Origin: Octopus bimaculoides
Lineage: Eukaryota
DNA length: 64,000 nucleotides
NCBI RefSeq assembly: GCF_001194135.2
Contig: NC_068988.1
Coordinates: 42,310,654 to 42,374,653, forward strand
Reading direction: 5' to 3'
Position numbers and translations under genes: made by a program. Under the pieces are notes generated by a model, which saw only the letters and a list, made by a program, of their open reading frames with translations, searched no databases and was not told the origin of the DNA. Below, piece after piece: positions 24,901 through 38,560 of the stretch. How positions within the stretch are numbered: position 1 is the stretch's first letter; each line of letters opens with the position of its first letter.

Positions 24901-25399
24901 AGTTGACTAAGAGTAAATGATAATTATGAGTTGTATATAATAGTATGTGATGGTGTGTAAATCAAATTTGGTAGATGCCCTCTTTGCAAACCAACATACA
25001 TATATGTGTAGTTTTTTTTTTCTTTCTCTGACTTTTTTTTTTAATGTTCACAAAAAGAGTGTGCTTATTTCCTTTGCAAGCCTTTTGAGATTTGCAAGAC
25101 TGAAGTGTTGTAGCTAATCCTCATTGTGCTGATTAATTACATTCCACATGCTAATGATATATAAATCAGTTCTTTTAACCTCTTTCTATTGGCCAATAAA
25201 AATAAACTGTGCATACTGTGTCACATGATATATGGAGAATTCCAGAAAGTACCTCATGATCAAAAAGGAATTAACTTGGTTCCTTTGCACTGAACTTGAG
25301 TATATTCAGTTCCTGTGCAGTAAGGGTTAATCTAATCCTTGATCATTGTGGGGAGGAATTCTAAAGGGCTGACATTCTAGAATTTAGTGTTTAGTGTTA

Positions 25400-25560
25400 G
25401 TTTTGGTTGGTGGATGCAGTATGAGTGATGAGAGGTGAGCGAGTCAGAAGTGTGAGTGGAGATGGCATGGGACTAGTCAGCTCCAAGGATCAGACCTCAC
25501 AGTCGTGGTGCAAGGAAAGGTAGGGAAAAGAGGCAGTTTATCTGTGATCCAGAGGAGCAA
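25400..25560 (-). mobile_element. Short 3' fragment of a CR1/L2-like LINE
   Basis: Minus-strand ...SLELTSPMPSP...TR..THT resembles the C-terminus of the same RT family. Confidence 0.45.
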
Positions 25561-26079
25561 TTTCATACTGAATTGATTTGGTGACCTTAAAAAAAAAAAG
25601 GAGGTAGTTGATCTGTGATCCAGAGGAGCAATTTCATACCAATTAATTTGGTGTCCTTAAGAGTATTTATGTAGTTAGGATGCCTGTCTCTATGTTGCAG
25701 ATGTGGGAGAAGCACTTTGTGGGTTTCCCATGGGCTTCCTGGAGGGTTAGTAATTGTTGTTGGAGTGTTTTCTGACTGTGAAGAGTAAGACCAGTCTTTG
25801 TGAGGTAGTTTTTGCTATGTTGTGGTTGTGTTTTCAAGGGAGAGATCCTTGATCCTGGTGAGGTCAAGCATTTGTAGCAACCTTTAGTGTTCTAGTTGCA
25901 CATTATTTTGAGGTTGGTGATTTTCTTGATATGTATAGAACCAATTTGTTGGGTACTGATTGTTGTTTAATCTCATTCAGCCTAAATAGATTTATTATTA
26001 AAGGTATTCTAGCTATGTCCATGTTTTATCTTTTTTTCTCTATTAAATAACAATTATAGGGTATTTAGTGTGCCCTTCC

Positions 26080-27070
26080 TCATTAAAGACCTTGTTAAGG
26101 TGGGTGATTTAGCTGCTGTTTGTAGCAGCTTGAGTGATGGCATAGTGGTTGCTTCATTGGCTCATAGGTTTTATTTCAACCGTTAACATCCTGAAAGGTG
26201 AGCATTAACTCTGAAGGTCTCTTCTGTGGCAATGCTAAAAATTCTTACTCTATACTTAACCTGTATTGATTTCTCTATATGTTAGGGGGTTCAGGTTGCC
26301 CTCCCCTCTCTATTCTTTCTATATATTGATCTAGTTGCTGCTACAACCAACACAAAGTCTTATGCAGATGGCATGACTCTTCATTCCTCCTAATTTTTGC
26401 TGATCATGCTTCATCCATATGCAGCCAGTATTGATTTCATAACAAACATCTTGAGAGCACTCTGTGCCAGCCTTGTCTCTTTTAGCAGTAAAAATACTCT
26501 AGCACCACTCATAGAAAGAAAATACCACTGCATCCTTCTCCTCTAGACATGTGCAGCACTCAGCTAGAGCCCCCTCTCTCCTGGTAGAAACACTTTCTTA
26601 GCCTAGCTAGGACTATATCCCAAAGACTAGCCTTTCTTCACAGAGCCAAAAGATATTTCAGTCCCCAATAGTCACTGTCACTCTACAAGGCTCAAGTGAG
26701 GTTCACAATGAAGTACTGCATCCACGTGTTGGACAGTGCTGCCACTAAATATACAGACATCCTGCACTGCAGCCAAAGAAGGACCACTCAAGTGAGTGGC
26801 ATTCAATCATGAAAGGACACACTCCAGCTTCTGGATTACAAGCATCCTGTTTCTTCTCTCTGCCTTTATATTGCTGCTATAAGAGCCTCTACTCTGACTG
26901 GTGTCACATCTCCACCACTCAGGTACTGCTGACCCCATCCATCTCGACTCCTTTTACCACCCTTATTGTGTCCACCCCCATCCCACATCGCCTTACATTA
27001 GCCACTCTGACCAGTCATTTCGCCCCAGAACATCACCACTTTGAAATCTCCTCCTTGCTCATGCCTTTCC
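26080..27070 (+). mobile_element. CR1/L2/Jockey-like LINE reverse transcriptase remnant
   Basis: YADGMTL (26362) and SQRLAFLHRAKRYFSPQ*SLSLYKAQVRFTMKYCIHV...SQRR, resembling the LGFLFRAKKYF..LYKAQIRP.MEYC consensus. Confidence 0.8.
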
Positions 27071-28379
27071 TACTAGTGTTGACCTACAACAGTTTAAATG
27101 GTCAGCCTTACTAGTTTCAGAATGTCTACAAGTGTCATAGACATTGCCTTTTCCTTTAGACTCAGCTAGTAAAAAGAAGAAAGGAAAAAAGCCACATTAC
27201 AAGAGGCATATTTGATTATCTCTTGTTTTTCTGAAGTCTATAATATGGAACACTTTATCAATTATCTCCAAAGAACTTTTAAAGCTAGTAAAACTTGGAT
27301 CAGGCTCTGTAAAAAGTTACTGTAGTAGCCCTATATTACTACAAAACTTGACTATCTACAGCACAATAGCAAGATTAAGTTTTATTTACCAAGATAGTTC
27401 CGCTTCTCATGCTATGATGGCTAACTATGATACTCTCTTCCTTCTCTATCGCAGTCCATTGACATTTGTTTCTCCCTTTAATGCTACTCATCACTTGCTC
27501 CTTTTTCTTTTTTTAATCTACATCCAAATGTGCATTTATTTCATAAACTCTGTTACCTTCTCCTATACTGCCTCCAATTCTTGGAATACCTGCATTGAAA
27601 TTCATCTTTCATGTTTATCATTTATCCCTTTTTATTATCATCCATCAGTTGTTCACCCCTTCAACCAACATATCCCATTCACTCTGTTTCTGCCATCACA
27701 CACTTACTTGTTCCACATCTGCCCCTTCTTCCATCATTACTGTCATTTCTACTTACCTCCTTGGCCACGTAGCCCTTAGTGAACATAGTGGTTGCCTAAG
27801 CTATGGCAAATGAAATGTATGAGTTAACCCTTCTTGGAAGGCAATAAATGAAGCTGGCTCAGATCATTTGAATCATGCCAACATGTAAAGCATGTGAAAT
27901 AATGATGATATGACCCACATTCACAAAGTGAGATGGCTGAGCAGATAAGGTATTAGAACAATTTATTCATTGGTCATGGGTTCAAGTCTTTTGTAGGTTG
28001 TTTGTTAAACTTCAAGACAGAACACTTTATTCTTATTTCAGTTCACTTATCTGTCAGTCAGAATAGGTATCAGATCAAAAGTGACATGTCTTCTCTGGTA
28101 TACTATTGTCTTATTCAGATTTCTGCCTCATTCGCTTCATGCTATAAAATCCGAACTTACCAATGTTCTCTTATAATCTATTAGAGCTTTGGAAATGTAC
28201 ATTTACACACACATGCACACATATGCATTATGTATTTATTATTGTGATTGGTAACTGTTTCTTGTGTACTGGAATGTCTTTTTCTTCCCTATGAAAGGAA
28301 ATATGAGCAGGAAGAAATGCAATTTGCATAGATTAGTTTACTGTGTATATCAATCACCTTCTTAGGGTGTGACCCATAC

Positions 28380-29450
28380 GCTATAGCTTGGGCCATCCCC
28401 TATTCATCTCTTTTGTTGTTATAGTTTACACTATGTGCACAATATCAAGTTCCTACCAACTCTTTTTCTGCATATTAAACATGTTCAGTAGTGTCCTGTT
28501 GTCTTTCTTGCCAATTAATTCTTTCTCCTTTGTTTGATTTACTCTAAGTTCTTTCAATTCTAAACCTTACTTTGGTATTAGAAATTTCTTCTCTAATTCT
28601 TTAATTCATTTATGAGAACTAGCGCATCAACATAAAGTAGTTCCCTTACCTGCACAAAAAATACTTCACTGAACTTATTGTCAACTCTCACTTTGATGGT
28701 TTTCACAGCTCTCACAAGCTCTCCGTCTACACTTAGTTTACTTTGTGACTACTAGACTCCAGAGTGTGGTACCTTGTCAAATCCACCTCCAGACCAACAG
28801 ATGCTAGGTATAATGAATTGCTCTTTGCTAAACATTTCTCTTGTAGTTGCCTTACTGGAAAGAGATCAGTGATACTTAGTATTGGTACAAACTTGAACTG
28901 TAATCTAATCTAAGATAATTTTCTTTCTAATTAATTGTGCTATAACTCTGTTACTTTTGTAACTTGGTTTATTATTAATTTAATGCTTCTTATAATTGCT
29001 TCTTTTTATGATCATCTTCTTTGCCCTTGTAGCTGTTGATGATGACACTGCTATGCCAGTCATTGCAAATGTCTTATGTACTACTTGATTGACTATGTGA
29101 GTGACTAACACACCCTCAACTTTGCCAGATATCTTCAACACATCAGTTACTATCTCTGATGGTCAAGTGGTTTTTCTCTGCTTTAACTGTACTTTTGAGA
29201 ATACTATTGTTAATTTCAATAGCTGATCCCTCTGTTGGATCTACTTGGGATAATCCTGTCTTCTTTCATGTATATTCTCTTCTGGCTCCCAGTTATTGTT
29301 TCCCTCTTTCTTGTATACTTTCCAAGCCTACACCTTAGCTTTTATGATTCTATCTACCATACCATTTCACCACTATTTTGCTTTCTGCTTGACTTGAAAC
29401 CTGTTCAATTTACAGATCTGGTCTGTGATTTACTGTAGATTGTCTTGCAG
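28380..29450 (-). mobile_element. RTE LINE ORF remnant
   Basis: W*NGMVDRIIKAKV*AWK, NDWHSSVIINSYKGK, FDKVPHSGV, VRVDNKFSEVF, ELLYVDALVL and CLICRKRVGRNLILCT occur in the expected RTE order, with many stops. Confidence 0.82.
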
Positions 29451-30584
29451 AAATTCCTAGTTTGACACACTGACAGTCACATTTATTATATTAGATATGT
29501 TTAATTTTGGGGAAACTGTATTTCAGTTAAAGTGTATTTAATATATGTATGTATGTATGTATTAAAGAAAGCGAAAAATAAAACAAAAATGATAGTGCTC
29601 AGTAGTTGGTTCAATATGCTGACCACAGGAATTTCTGTCCAAGAAAGTTGTACACCATCTCCCTCTTTCTCTTACACACTCACTCTCTCTCTCTCACTTA
29701 TTATTACTCCCATTGCCACCAGCAACACTACTACTTTTAATAAAACATCAACTCTCCCTAAATTTCTTTGTCTCTCTTTTTCTCCCTGTCTCTGTCTCTC
29801 TTTTTCTCCCTGTCTCTGTCTCTCTTTGCCACCACCCTCAACGTCTCCATGCCTATTATTACTCTCACCCTAACATGAGGAAGTGTCATTGAATAGTGAG
29901 AGAAGGGGTCAATGTGTGACACACTGACACACAGAAATTAGTTTTCGCATTTATTATATTATATATTTATATATATAAATATAGTTTTTGTATTTGGTTT
30001 GCAAGATTCTTTGTGAATTTGTGTGTTGAAGCATATCTTATTGTCTGGAGAGTGTCAGTCTTTTTTAGTTCTTTATTATTTAACACGCTTACCAGTTCGA
30101 TTGCCACTCATTTATTTATTTTTTATAAAATTTTCGTTGTCTTGCAAACTTTTCAATAGTTGTTGACTGTCTGTTATCAGAGCTGCATTCTTTTTGTTTG
30201 TTTGTGCACATGTGTGCATGTGTATACACATATGTATCTGCGTGTGTATGCATATATATGTATGCATGTGTGTACATTTGTTTGTATGTATGTATTCTGC
30301 ATATTCATGTGTTTGTGTGTGTGTGCGCATGCTTGAGTGTATCTATGTGTATGGGTTTGTGTGACTGTACATGTGCTTGTTATGTATGGATGATTTCCAT
30401 ATGTGTCCTTTGTGTGTGAAGTGTGCATGTGTGTGTATGGTCATGTGTGTATGTATGTGTGTGCTTGTCTATCTTTTACCTATGTACATATCTATCTGTT
30501 TACTTATCCATTTACCTACATTATATATATGTTTACATAAGTCCACTAATGTATAAACTGTGGGTATTGGGATATGACTGCCTT

Positions 30585-31112
30585 CTACATATATTTCCTA
30601 TTTAGTATAGGGAATGTTTCATTTATGAGGGCGCACTCCTGTATTTGTCTGAGTCTTGGGTCCTTCAGGTGCTTGGATAAAATGCAGATGTCAAGTTGAC
30701 CCAGTGTGCCTCCACACTGGTCTTTGGCATGTTGGTAGAGTATGGAGGACTGTTTTTTGTTGTCGTATTGTCTCAAATGTTGATTTAGTCTCTCGGCAAT
30801 GCTTCTAGATCTCTCACCTATGTATATCATGTTCTTATCTTTACAAGCACTCTCTATTCACCTTATGTTGTAGACTACATTTCTAGTTCTACAGTTAATG
30901 CAGTTATCATTGGTGCTTGTGGTATTCTCAAAGGGGTACGTCCTACTTAGTTGTGATCTGATGGAACTCCCTGGCTTTTCAACAATCTTAATGTTGAGTT
31001 TGACCTCCTTCAGAGCTTTCCTATATATACATATATGCTTAGGCCTAGCTATAAGAAGTTCATTCTGTTGCAAGCTGGTCACCCTGTTTGATGACAATTT
31101 TTTTTTTGCCAA
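30585..31112 (-). mobile_element. Penelope-like element, RT-linker/GIY-YIG remnant
   Basis: KALKEVKLNIKIVEKPG...YPF...NCINC..NVVYNI then IYIGERSRSIAERLNQH...QH...RQIQECALI...PILN. Confidence 0.88.
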
Positions 31113-31813
31113 TCTCAGAGGGGCTCTGAAAAAAATAAAGTGGCATGAATATTGCTTTCTTCAATTACATGCCAAAAATAATTTACTTTCTGTTTTGTAA
31201 GTAAAACCAAAATGTAGCTGGTCCCTAGCTACATTTTGGCATAAAAAAGGATTGAGATTTGGTCCAGTAGTAAAAAGTTTACATCAAAATTTGTAGTGAC
31301 ATTATAGGAAAGTAACACCACCAATCAACTTTAGATCTAAATAACTTTTTTTATTTTAAAAGCAAAATATATATCTTAGTTTCAATGATAGAAGAAAGCG
31401 TGAAGAATGTCATAGTTTTGGTCCCATGCAACAAAAATATGTATCAAAAAAGTTGTGAGGTAAAATATCACGAAAAAAATATAAGTAAGGCAAAAAATTA
31501 GATTTAAGTTTAATTAACTTTTTTATTTTAAAAACAAGCTATATTTTAATTAAGCTTAAATGATAGAGCTCAATTCGAAAAATTTCATGGTATCAAGCTA
31601 ATGCAATGAAGTTTTAAAAGAAAATGTTATGAGTGTTTGTTTCTCAAATTTATGAGTCATAGTATAGTTCTGTACTTTTTTATGAATATAGTTCTAGGAG
31701 ACTTTTAATATGTCACCAGCATCATTAAGGTAAGGAAAAAAATTATCAACGGCACCGCGAATTGACACATTTGACACATTATTAATTAGCATAATAGCAT
31801 TGCCTGGAAAAAA

Positions 31814-32638
31814 CATGGATTACATGGAGAATGCAAGCAAGAGAAATAATATTCTTAATATTATAAATCTGGAGAAGTTATTACACTTGGGAAAGTTCAG
31901 GGCAAGTTATTACATCTGATAAAGTACAGAACAAGAAAATGTTTGCTTAAAATATTGCAGCTAAGGATAAAATTTGAATATTAAAAATTATTTGATTTTA
32001 ATTTACAAAGTAACATTATAATTAAAAAAAGCTACCATCATTTTGTTAAAATATTGACACACTAGAATACTTAAAGATGAGAGCCAGAAGTACCAATATA
32101 GCTAAAGTTTTATGCAAAGTAGAATAGTATATATGGTCGGCAAATTCATTATGTAAAAAATAGGCATTGGGTCAAGACTAAAAATGTGAAGACTTGGCAA
32201 TAACTTAGGCAATAACTCAAGCAAATTTTACTGTGAATTTGTTGTTATAGGTAGGTTTTACTGTAATATATAACTAATTTTTGTATTCTATCTATTGTAC
32301 TAACTAATTATGTACTACTATTTTTTATAACCTATTTTCAAATTTTTAATTATTAATTAATTTTAAAAAGTGAATTTTTTTGAAGTGCAAAAAATATTTT
32401 GAGTTATTTTTAATAGAAGTAACAAGTAATAGCAGATAGAAATAATAACATGTAATAAAGTTTTTAGTTTTAGTAAAAGCTAATATTTTCTAAATCTAAA
32501 CATTTTATTTGAAATTTTATCCTTAGCTGCAATATTTTAAATGAAAATTTTCTTATGTAATAACTTATCCTGTACTTTTCCAGATTTATAATCTTAAGAA
32601 TATTATTTCTTTTGCTCGCATTTTCCTATGTAATACAT
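31814..32638. mobile_element. AT-rich element with ~150-bp imperfect terminal inverted repeats
   Basis: 31814-31978 is inverted relative to 32504-32638 (shared GAAATAATATTCTTAA, ATTATAAATCTGGA, TTAAAATATTGCAGCTAAGGATAAAATTT). Confidence 0.72.
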
Positions 32639-32804
32639 ATGTGTGCATGGTTTGTGTCTTGGAGCTAATTGTTTAATGTCATTTATTGCTCTTCAGAACA
32701 TTTCTCCATTTGTAACTAAAGCATACTTTCTGTGTTAAAATCTTGCTGAGGTTCATTTTAAAATGTGTTTCCTTGTACCTTTGTAGAATTAGTGATAATT
32801 TCAA

Positions 32805-33235
32805 ATTTTGGCTTAAGGCCCCAACAATTTTAGGTGAGTGGGTAAGTTGATTTCATTGACGCCAGGTTCAACTGGTATTTGTTTTATCAACCCTGAAAAG
32901 ATGAAAGGCAAAGTCAATCTTGGCGAAATATGAACTCAATATAAACCCAGAAGAAATGCCACTAAGGATTTTGTTCAACATGCTAACAATTCCATGAGCT
33001 CAAATAATAATAATAATAATAATAATAATCCTTTCTTCTAAAGGTACAAGGCCTGAAATTTGTTATGAAGGGTGTGGTCAATTACATCGACCCCAGTACT
33101 CAACTGGTAGATATTTTATTGACCCTGAAAGGATGAAAGGCAAAGTTGTCCTCAACAGAATTTGAATTCATAAGACAGACAAAATGCTGCTAGGCATTTT
33201 ACCTGGCATGCTTATGGTTCTGCCAGCTTGCTGCC

Positions 33236-33270
<35 letters not shown>

Positions 33271-34000
33271 CCTTTCTACTATAGGCACGAAGCCTGAAAT
33301 TTGTGGGGAGGGGACTAGACGATTACATCGACCTCAGTGTTTAACTGGTACTTAATTTCTCGACTCTGAAAGACAAGGTCGACCTCAGCAGAACTTGAAC
33401 GTAGTAACGGGCGAAATACTCCTAAGCATATTGCCCAGCGTGCTAACAATTCTGCCAGCTCGCTGCCATTAATAATAATAATAATAATAATAATCATTCT
33501 TTCTACTTATAGGCAGAAGGCCTGAAATTTTTGTCGGGGCGGGGGCTAGTCGATTATATCGACCTTAGTACTCAACTGGTACTTATTTAATCGGCCCTGA
33601 AAGGTGAAAGGCAAAGTTGACCTCAGCGGAATTTGAATTAAACGTAAAGACGGATGAAATGCCGCTAAGCATTTTGCCCGGTGTGCTAACGATTCTGCCA
33701 GCATGAACCCCAGTACTTGACCGGTACTTTGTTTAATCAATCCCCGTGGTTTTTAATTAACCTCCGTGGTATTTGAACTGAGAGCAATAAAGCACCGGAA
33801 CGAATACTGCAAAGCATTTTTTTTTTCTGACGCCCTAACAATTTTTCTAAGAAATAATACTTTCCTAACATAAGCACAAGGCTAGAAATATGGCGGAGGA
33901 GGAGGAGTATTGTTGGTTATATCGACTTCAATACTTGATTACTACTTTATCTCATCGTTACTGGAAAGATAAAAGGTAAAGTTTCTTTCGGTAAAGAGCG
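32805..34000 (-). mobile_element. Head-to-tail array of 5-6 SINE type B copies
   Basis: Copies at about 32805-33001, 33030-33237, 33271-33468, 33495-33703, 33704-33845 and 33856-34000; the first four are separated by (AAT)n tracts. Confidence 0.85.
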
Positions 34001-34285
34001 GTAACTAAATAGCGCACGTTAGATTAATGATGGTTTCAACATGTTTAATTACTACATTGACCACAAACCTAATACCCTACACAGCAGGTCGACTATTTTA
34101 TATAGTTCCGTCATTATATTAAGGTGTATGTTTGTAATGTTACATGAGGTGAGGTGACATTTGTCGAGCGATAAAACACCCACTGCTGACTATGTAATAC
34201 ACCTGATGCTAGGTTTTTGAAAACTGTTTAATAGATGTTATTATAAATAAATCTGTCTCTGCATATATACATCTCTCTCTCTCTC

Positions 34286-34288
<3 letters not shown>

Positions 34289-34373
<85 letters not shown>
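34289..34373. repeat. Long (TA)n microsatellite (many others, e.g. (CT)n 62271-62408, (CA)n 19763-19802)
   Basis: Direct reading. Confidence 0.95.
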
Positions 34374-34378
<5 letters not shown>

Positions 34379-35100
34379 AAAATAGCATAGAATGGCTGTA
34401 GTCGCAGTATAAACTATTTGATCACTCGTGCTTGCTGTGTGTGTGTGTGTATAAACCTTTTAACGTACGGATTTTTTTTTACGATTCTTAGTTGGACGTG
34501 TCAGTCATAGATCTTTTATACATCTATATACGATTTTCGTATACATGTATATACATGCATAGGTGTATGCGTTTATTTTGTAATTAGTACGGCAAAACCT
34601 AAATATTGATAATGCTGATTTAATTTTGTTGTGAGAGAGAGAGAGAGAGAGAGGGAGGGAGGGAAAGAGAGCAATTTATGTCCGTCCTTTATGACCGATC
34701 AGAAGAGTTATTAAGATCTTAAGGGACGTGAGGAAATCGATGGTTTGGTCCAGTTTCGGTTATCCCATTTGATGTTGTGTCCATCATCATCTGGAGTTAG
34801 TCTCTCCAGTCCTTGCATCATACCGTACGCTTAGCGTGGAATCGGAAGATTTTTTTCGCCATATGATTTCCTTAACACATTTGCTTCGACAAGATTTAGT
34901 TTGTTTTTTTTTTTTCCTCTTTCACCCCGTTCTCTGTTTCTTTTACAACGTCACTTTTTTTTCTTTGCCGCTGTCACGTTCACACATAGTATACGTGTGT
35001 GTGTGTGTAGATGAGTACTTCGGCACACACATTTGTACACGAAGACAAGCGAGTTTTATACACAGGAAATGTCACACCAATATAACTATTTGTTGCATTA

Positions 35101-35162
<62 letters not shown>

Positions 35163-35504
35163 CATACATACACACACACACGTTCGATATTTGCACGCCT
35201 TTTTCCTTTAGACGTATCAATCATCTATGTTTCCATGTTTTTTTTTAATCAGTAAGACGTCCTGGGGCTTATTTCCGTTTACTACCACTACTACTACTAC
35301 TACTACCACCACCACCACCACATTACTAAAATGTAACCACACACACACACACGCACTTCCACTCACACAGTCGTTGTTGACCATGTCTTAATTAACTGAA
35401 GGACGTGTCCTTTTCTAAACGAGCCATTGTCGTGGCTGTGTACCACCTCCACCACTAAATATCGCTCTAAGAATACAAAAACACGACGGCCGCCAATCAC
35501 ACCG

Positions 35505-35538
<34 letters not shown>

Positions 35539-36194
35539 TTTTCCCAAGGCCACACCCACCATCACCAATATCACTGCTACTTGTCAACTATCTCCTGTTG
35601 GAGACCACGAAGACTAAGACCGCCACCACTACCCACCCAACCAACCGACCGACTGACCCCACCCTCTTATGACTATATCTTTTAAGGCCACCCCAGTACT
35701 ATACCTACTCCAACGACACCTGTACTACCCTCCGCCATCAAACATCTCTTTCCGATGACCACAAACAACGTCTACGACCATCTCATTACTATAACCACTC
35801 CAACCTGAATACGATCTTTTTGTTGTTGCTGTTTTTGTTTTTCCATTAATTTATTTCGACAAGATTACGGCCAATTACAATGTGTATACAGACAAAGCAG
35901 AGAACGGGGGCATATGACCAAGGCCAAAATTGGCAGCAGAGTCAAGGCCACCACTGCTGTCATACCTATCACTGCTGTTATTATCATTCTTACCACGACG
36001 ACCACTACTATATACCAATATAACATTGTTACATATGTTATAACACTACCATATTATGCCTTCTCTTGCATTACTTCTGTTTCCATTTTTATCCACCTTC
36101 ACTTTACACCAGATGTGTGTATATGTATCTGTAAGTCCGTATGTATGCTTGTAGATCTGTCTATGTTTGTGTGTGTGTGAATTGATGTATTTCT

Positions 36195-36410
36195 CTGTAA
36201 GTTGTTTAGTCCCAGGTCAGCCCTGATTGAGCAAGGCTCGTGGTTAAAGGCGTTCCAGCCAGGACCGTCCTAAAGAAGAACGTCTAGGAATACATTCTCA
36301 CATATGCTTCCCTTTTCCCAATAGTACGGCGTGATATGATGGAAATTCGGCTGCTATTTCTAGCAGTTATATGTACCACGTGGATACTCGTTAATTGCTT
36401 TCTTTCTAGG
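36195..36410 (-). mobile_element. Interspersed repeat type D (SINE-like; copies at about 24505-24700 +, 24745-24930 +, 43345-43470 -, 22597-22655 -)
   Basis: Shared GTTTA.CCCCAGGTCAGCCCTGAT.GAGCA and GGCTGCTATTTCTAGCAG motifs. Confidence 0.65.
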
Positions 36411-36909
36411 TGTGTGATGTTGATGTTGCATGTGTTTGTGGTTATCTCTAGTTCTGTATCCGACTATATTGCTTCATCATTCCTCTATAGACGGGTGGTT
36501 ATATATTTACAGTACTTCATCGTGTCTTATGTGCTTGTGTATACAATCTAGAAAGAATATATATACATGACTGTGCATATGCACGTAACTGTCTACATAT
36601 GTGTGTGTGCGCCTGTGCTTTTCTCCAGATGTTTGTTTCTGTTTATACTGCTTTATATGACACACATCCCTGTATATATGTGCATACAGTGTGTGTATGT
36701 AATATGCATGCTAGTGTGGTATTATGAATGTACATATCTATATCTTTAGGTGTGTTTGTGTATTCTTCTTGCGTACAGTTCTTGTCTTAGGTTAAATCAT
36801 TTCTTAATTGTTTTCATGCTGTAACATTACCTCATATTGTTTATTTTCACTCCACCTCTTTGTCAAAACCACGTCATCGACTACATTGCACAACATAGAT
36901 GTGTGTGTT

Positions 36910-36958
<49 letters not shown>

Positions 36959-37619
36959 CACACGTGGCTGTGTGGTTGAGAAGTTTGCTTCCCAGCAACA
37001 TGGTTTCAGGTTCAGTCCCACTGTATGGCAACTGGGGCTAGTATCTTCTACTTTAGCCCCAAGCCAAAGACTTGTAAGAAGATTTAGTAAATGGAAATTG
37101 TGTCATCATCACATAAACAATGCTGGTCATTTCTAATTTTCATTGAGAACATGTCTGACCATGGGAAAATATTAACATGTTTGGAAACAGTTGAGGGTTG
37201 GGGACAGGAAGGAAACTTGGCCAATGTTTTGTGGTGTGAATTTGTATTTTTTTACATGTCTCACCATTGGTTGTAAACCATGGCTTCACTAATAGTGTCA
37301 TTTGTCCACTACAAAAGCTTGTCTGGGCTTCTTGACATATCTTGACACATTGCCCAATTTTTGTAAAGTAGAAAAAAAAACTTGTTTTTATGTCATTTGT
37401 TTCTGGCTTTCTATATCAGCATGCCTGTCCTGCTTGTTTGTAAGACTGGGAGGTTATTACTTCACTTGGAAAGAGGTAGGGGTTGGTAACAAGATCATGT
37501 GGCTGTAGAAAAATCTGCCCCAGTAACTTTACATATGATCTATGCAAACATCGAAAAATAGATGTTAAAGTGATGAAAGATGATATGCATGTGTGTGTAT
37601 ATGTACATACATGTGTGTG

Positions 37620-38560
37620 TGTGTTGGAAATGGAATCACTTTCATAAAACTGGTGTAGTTCTCCATTTCTTCATGAAGGGTGGTAGGCATTCTTCCAATA
37701 ACTACCTTAGTATAAGTTTAATTGGCATTCAAGCTTCAATATTCACTGTCATTCTGCTGCAAAGACTTCAATACAATCATTATCAATGTACACAAGCAAA
37801 TCAGTGTGGTCTTGGCATGGCCAAAGTTGCATACATCAAATTTTCATCTTGTGAAGGATTCTGGAACAATATTGGCATACCAACAATGAACCATCATATG
37901 GTTTGTGGACTTCACAGCAATCATTGATTTTGTTGATCTGCAGATGGATTACCTGTGAAGGTGCTGAATCTAATTAGAGCATACTATGACTCCACACAAA
38001 GATAGATTTTGTTTTATGTTAAGGAATCCAAATTTATTGTAATTTATACAAGTCTCCTGTATTGTGCTCTAATAACTCTGGTAGTCAACTCCGTTATTTA
38101 CTAACTTGTGGAACATGCTTTGGTATATTTCACAGGTGTTGGTATAGGATGACATTTTACTGTCACTCACCTTAACTATGCTGATGACTTCATGATAATT
38201 TACAACAATTATATGAATATCCAATCAGCTGTTGAATGCCTCTGTTGCCCTAAAAAAATCAATGTGACCAAGATGTCCTCCGAATGGGTAGAGAGACTCT
38301 AGAAGTTGATCAGTTCAATACTTTGGTATTACCTTCACTCTACAATCCAGTTGATGATATAACTGAAGAACACTGAAGACTGCTAGAACACATCCATGCA
38401 GGACATACAAATGCATTTTCAAGAATTTGGATTCCTTGTCATAAAACAGATGAGATAGATGTCTGTAACAATTGTATGCATGCTGGATTTTGTTGTCTTC
38501 ATTGCCTGTTTTTGCCTTGGAGAAATGTGTAGCAACATGAATTTGCATCTACCAAACACT
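37620..38560 (+). mobile_element. RTE-like LINE RT remnant
   Basis: KTGVVLHFFMKG, NNYLSISLIG...IFTVILLQRLQ, NQCG, FVDF, HLNYADD, F.YFG motifs in order. Confidence 0.72.

Noticed and set aside
25530-25660. Small local tandem duplications (60 bp here; about 98 bp at 54383-54570; 20 bp x3 at 42060-42117; TCAAGCTATC x3 at 3015-3083)
   Set aside because: Ordinary slippage or unequal-repair products with no further structure.
35880-36023. 47-aa His/Cys/Tyr-rich ORF (MCIQTKQ...HHCCHTYHCCYYHSYHDDHYY)
   Set aside because: Composition follows from CAC/TAT/ACT low complexity; no signal peptide or other support.
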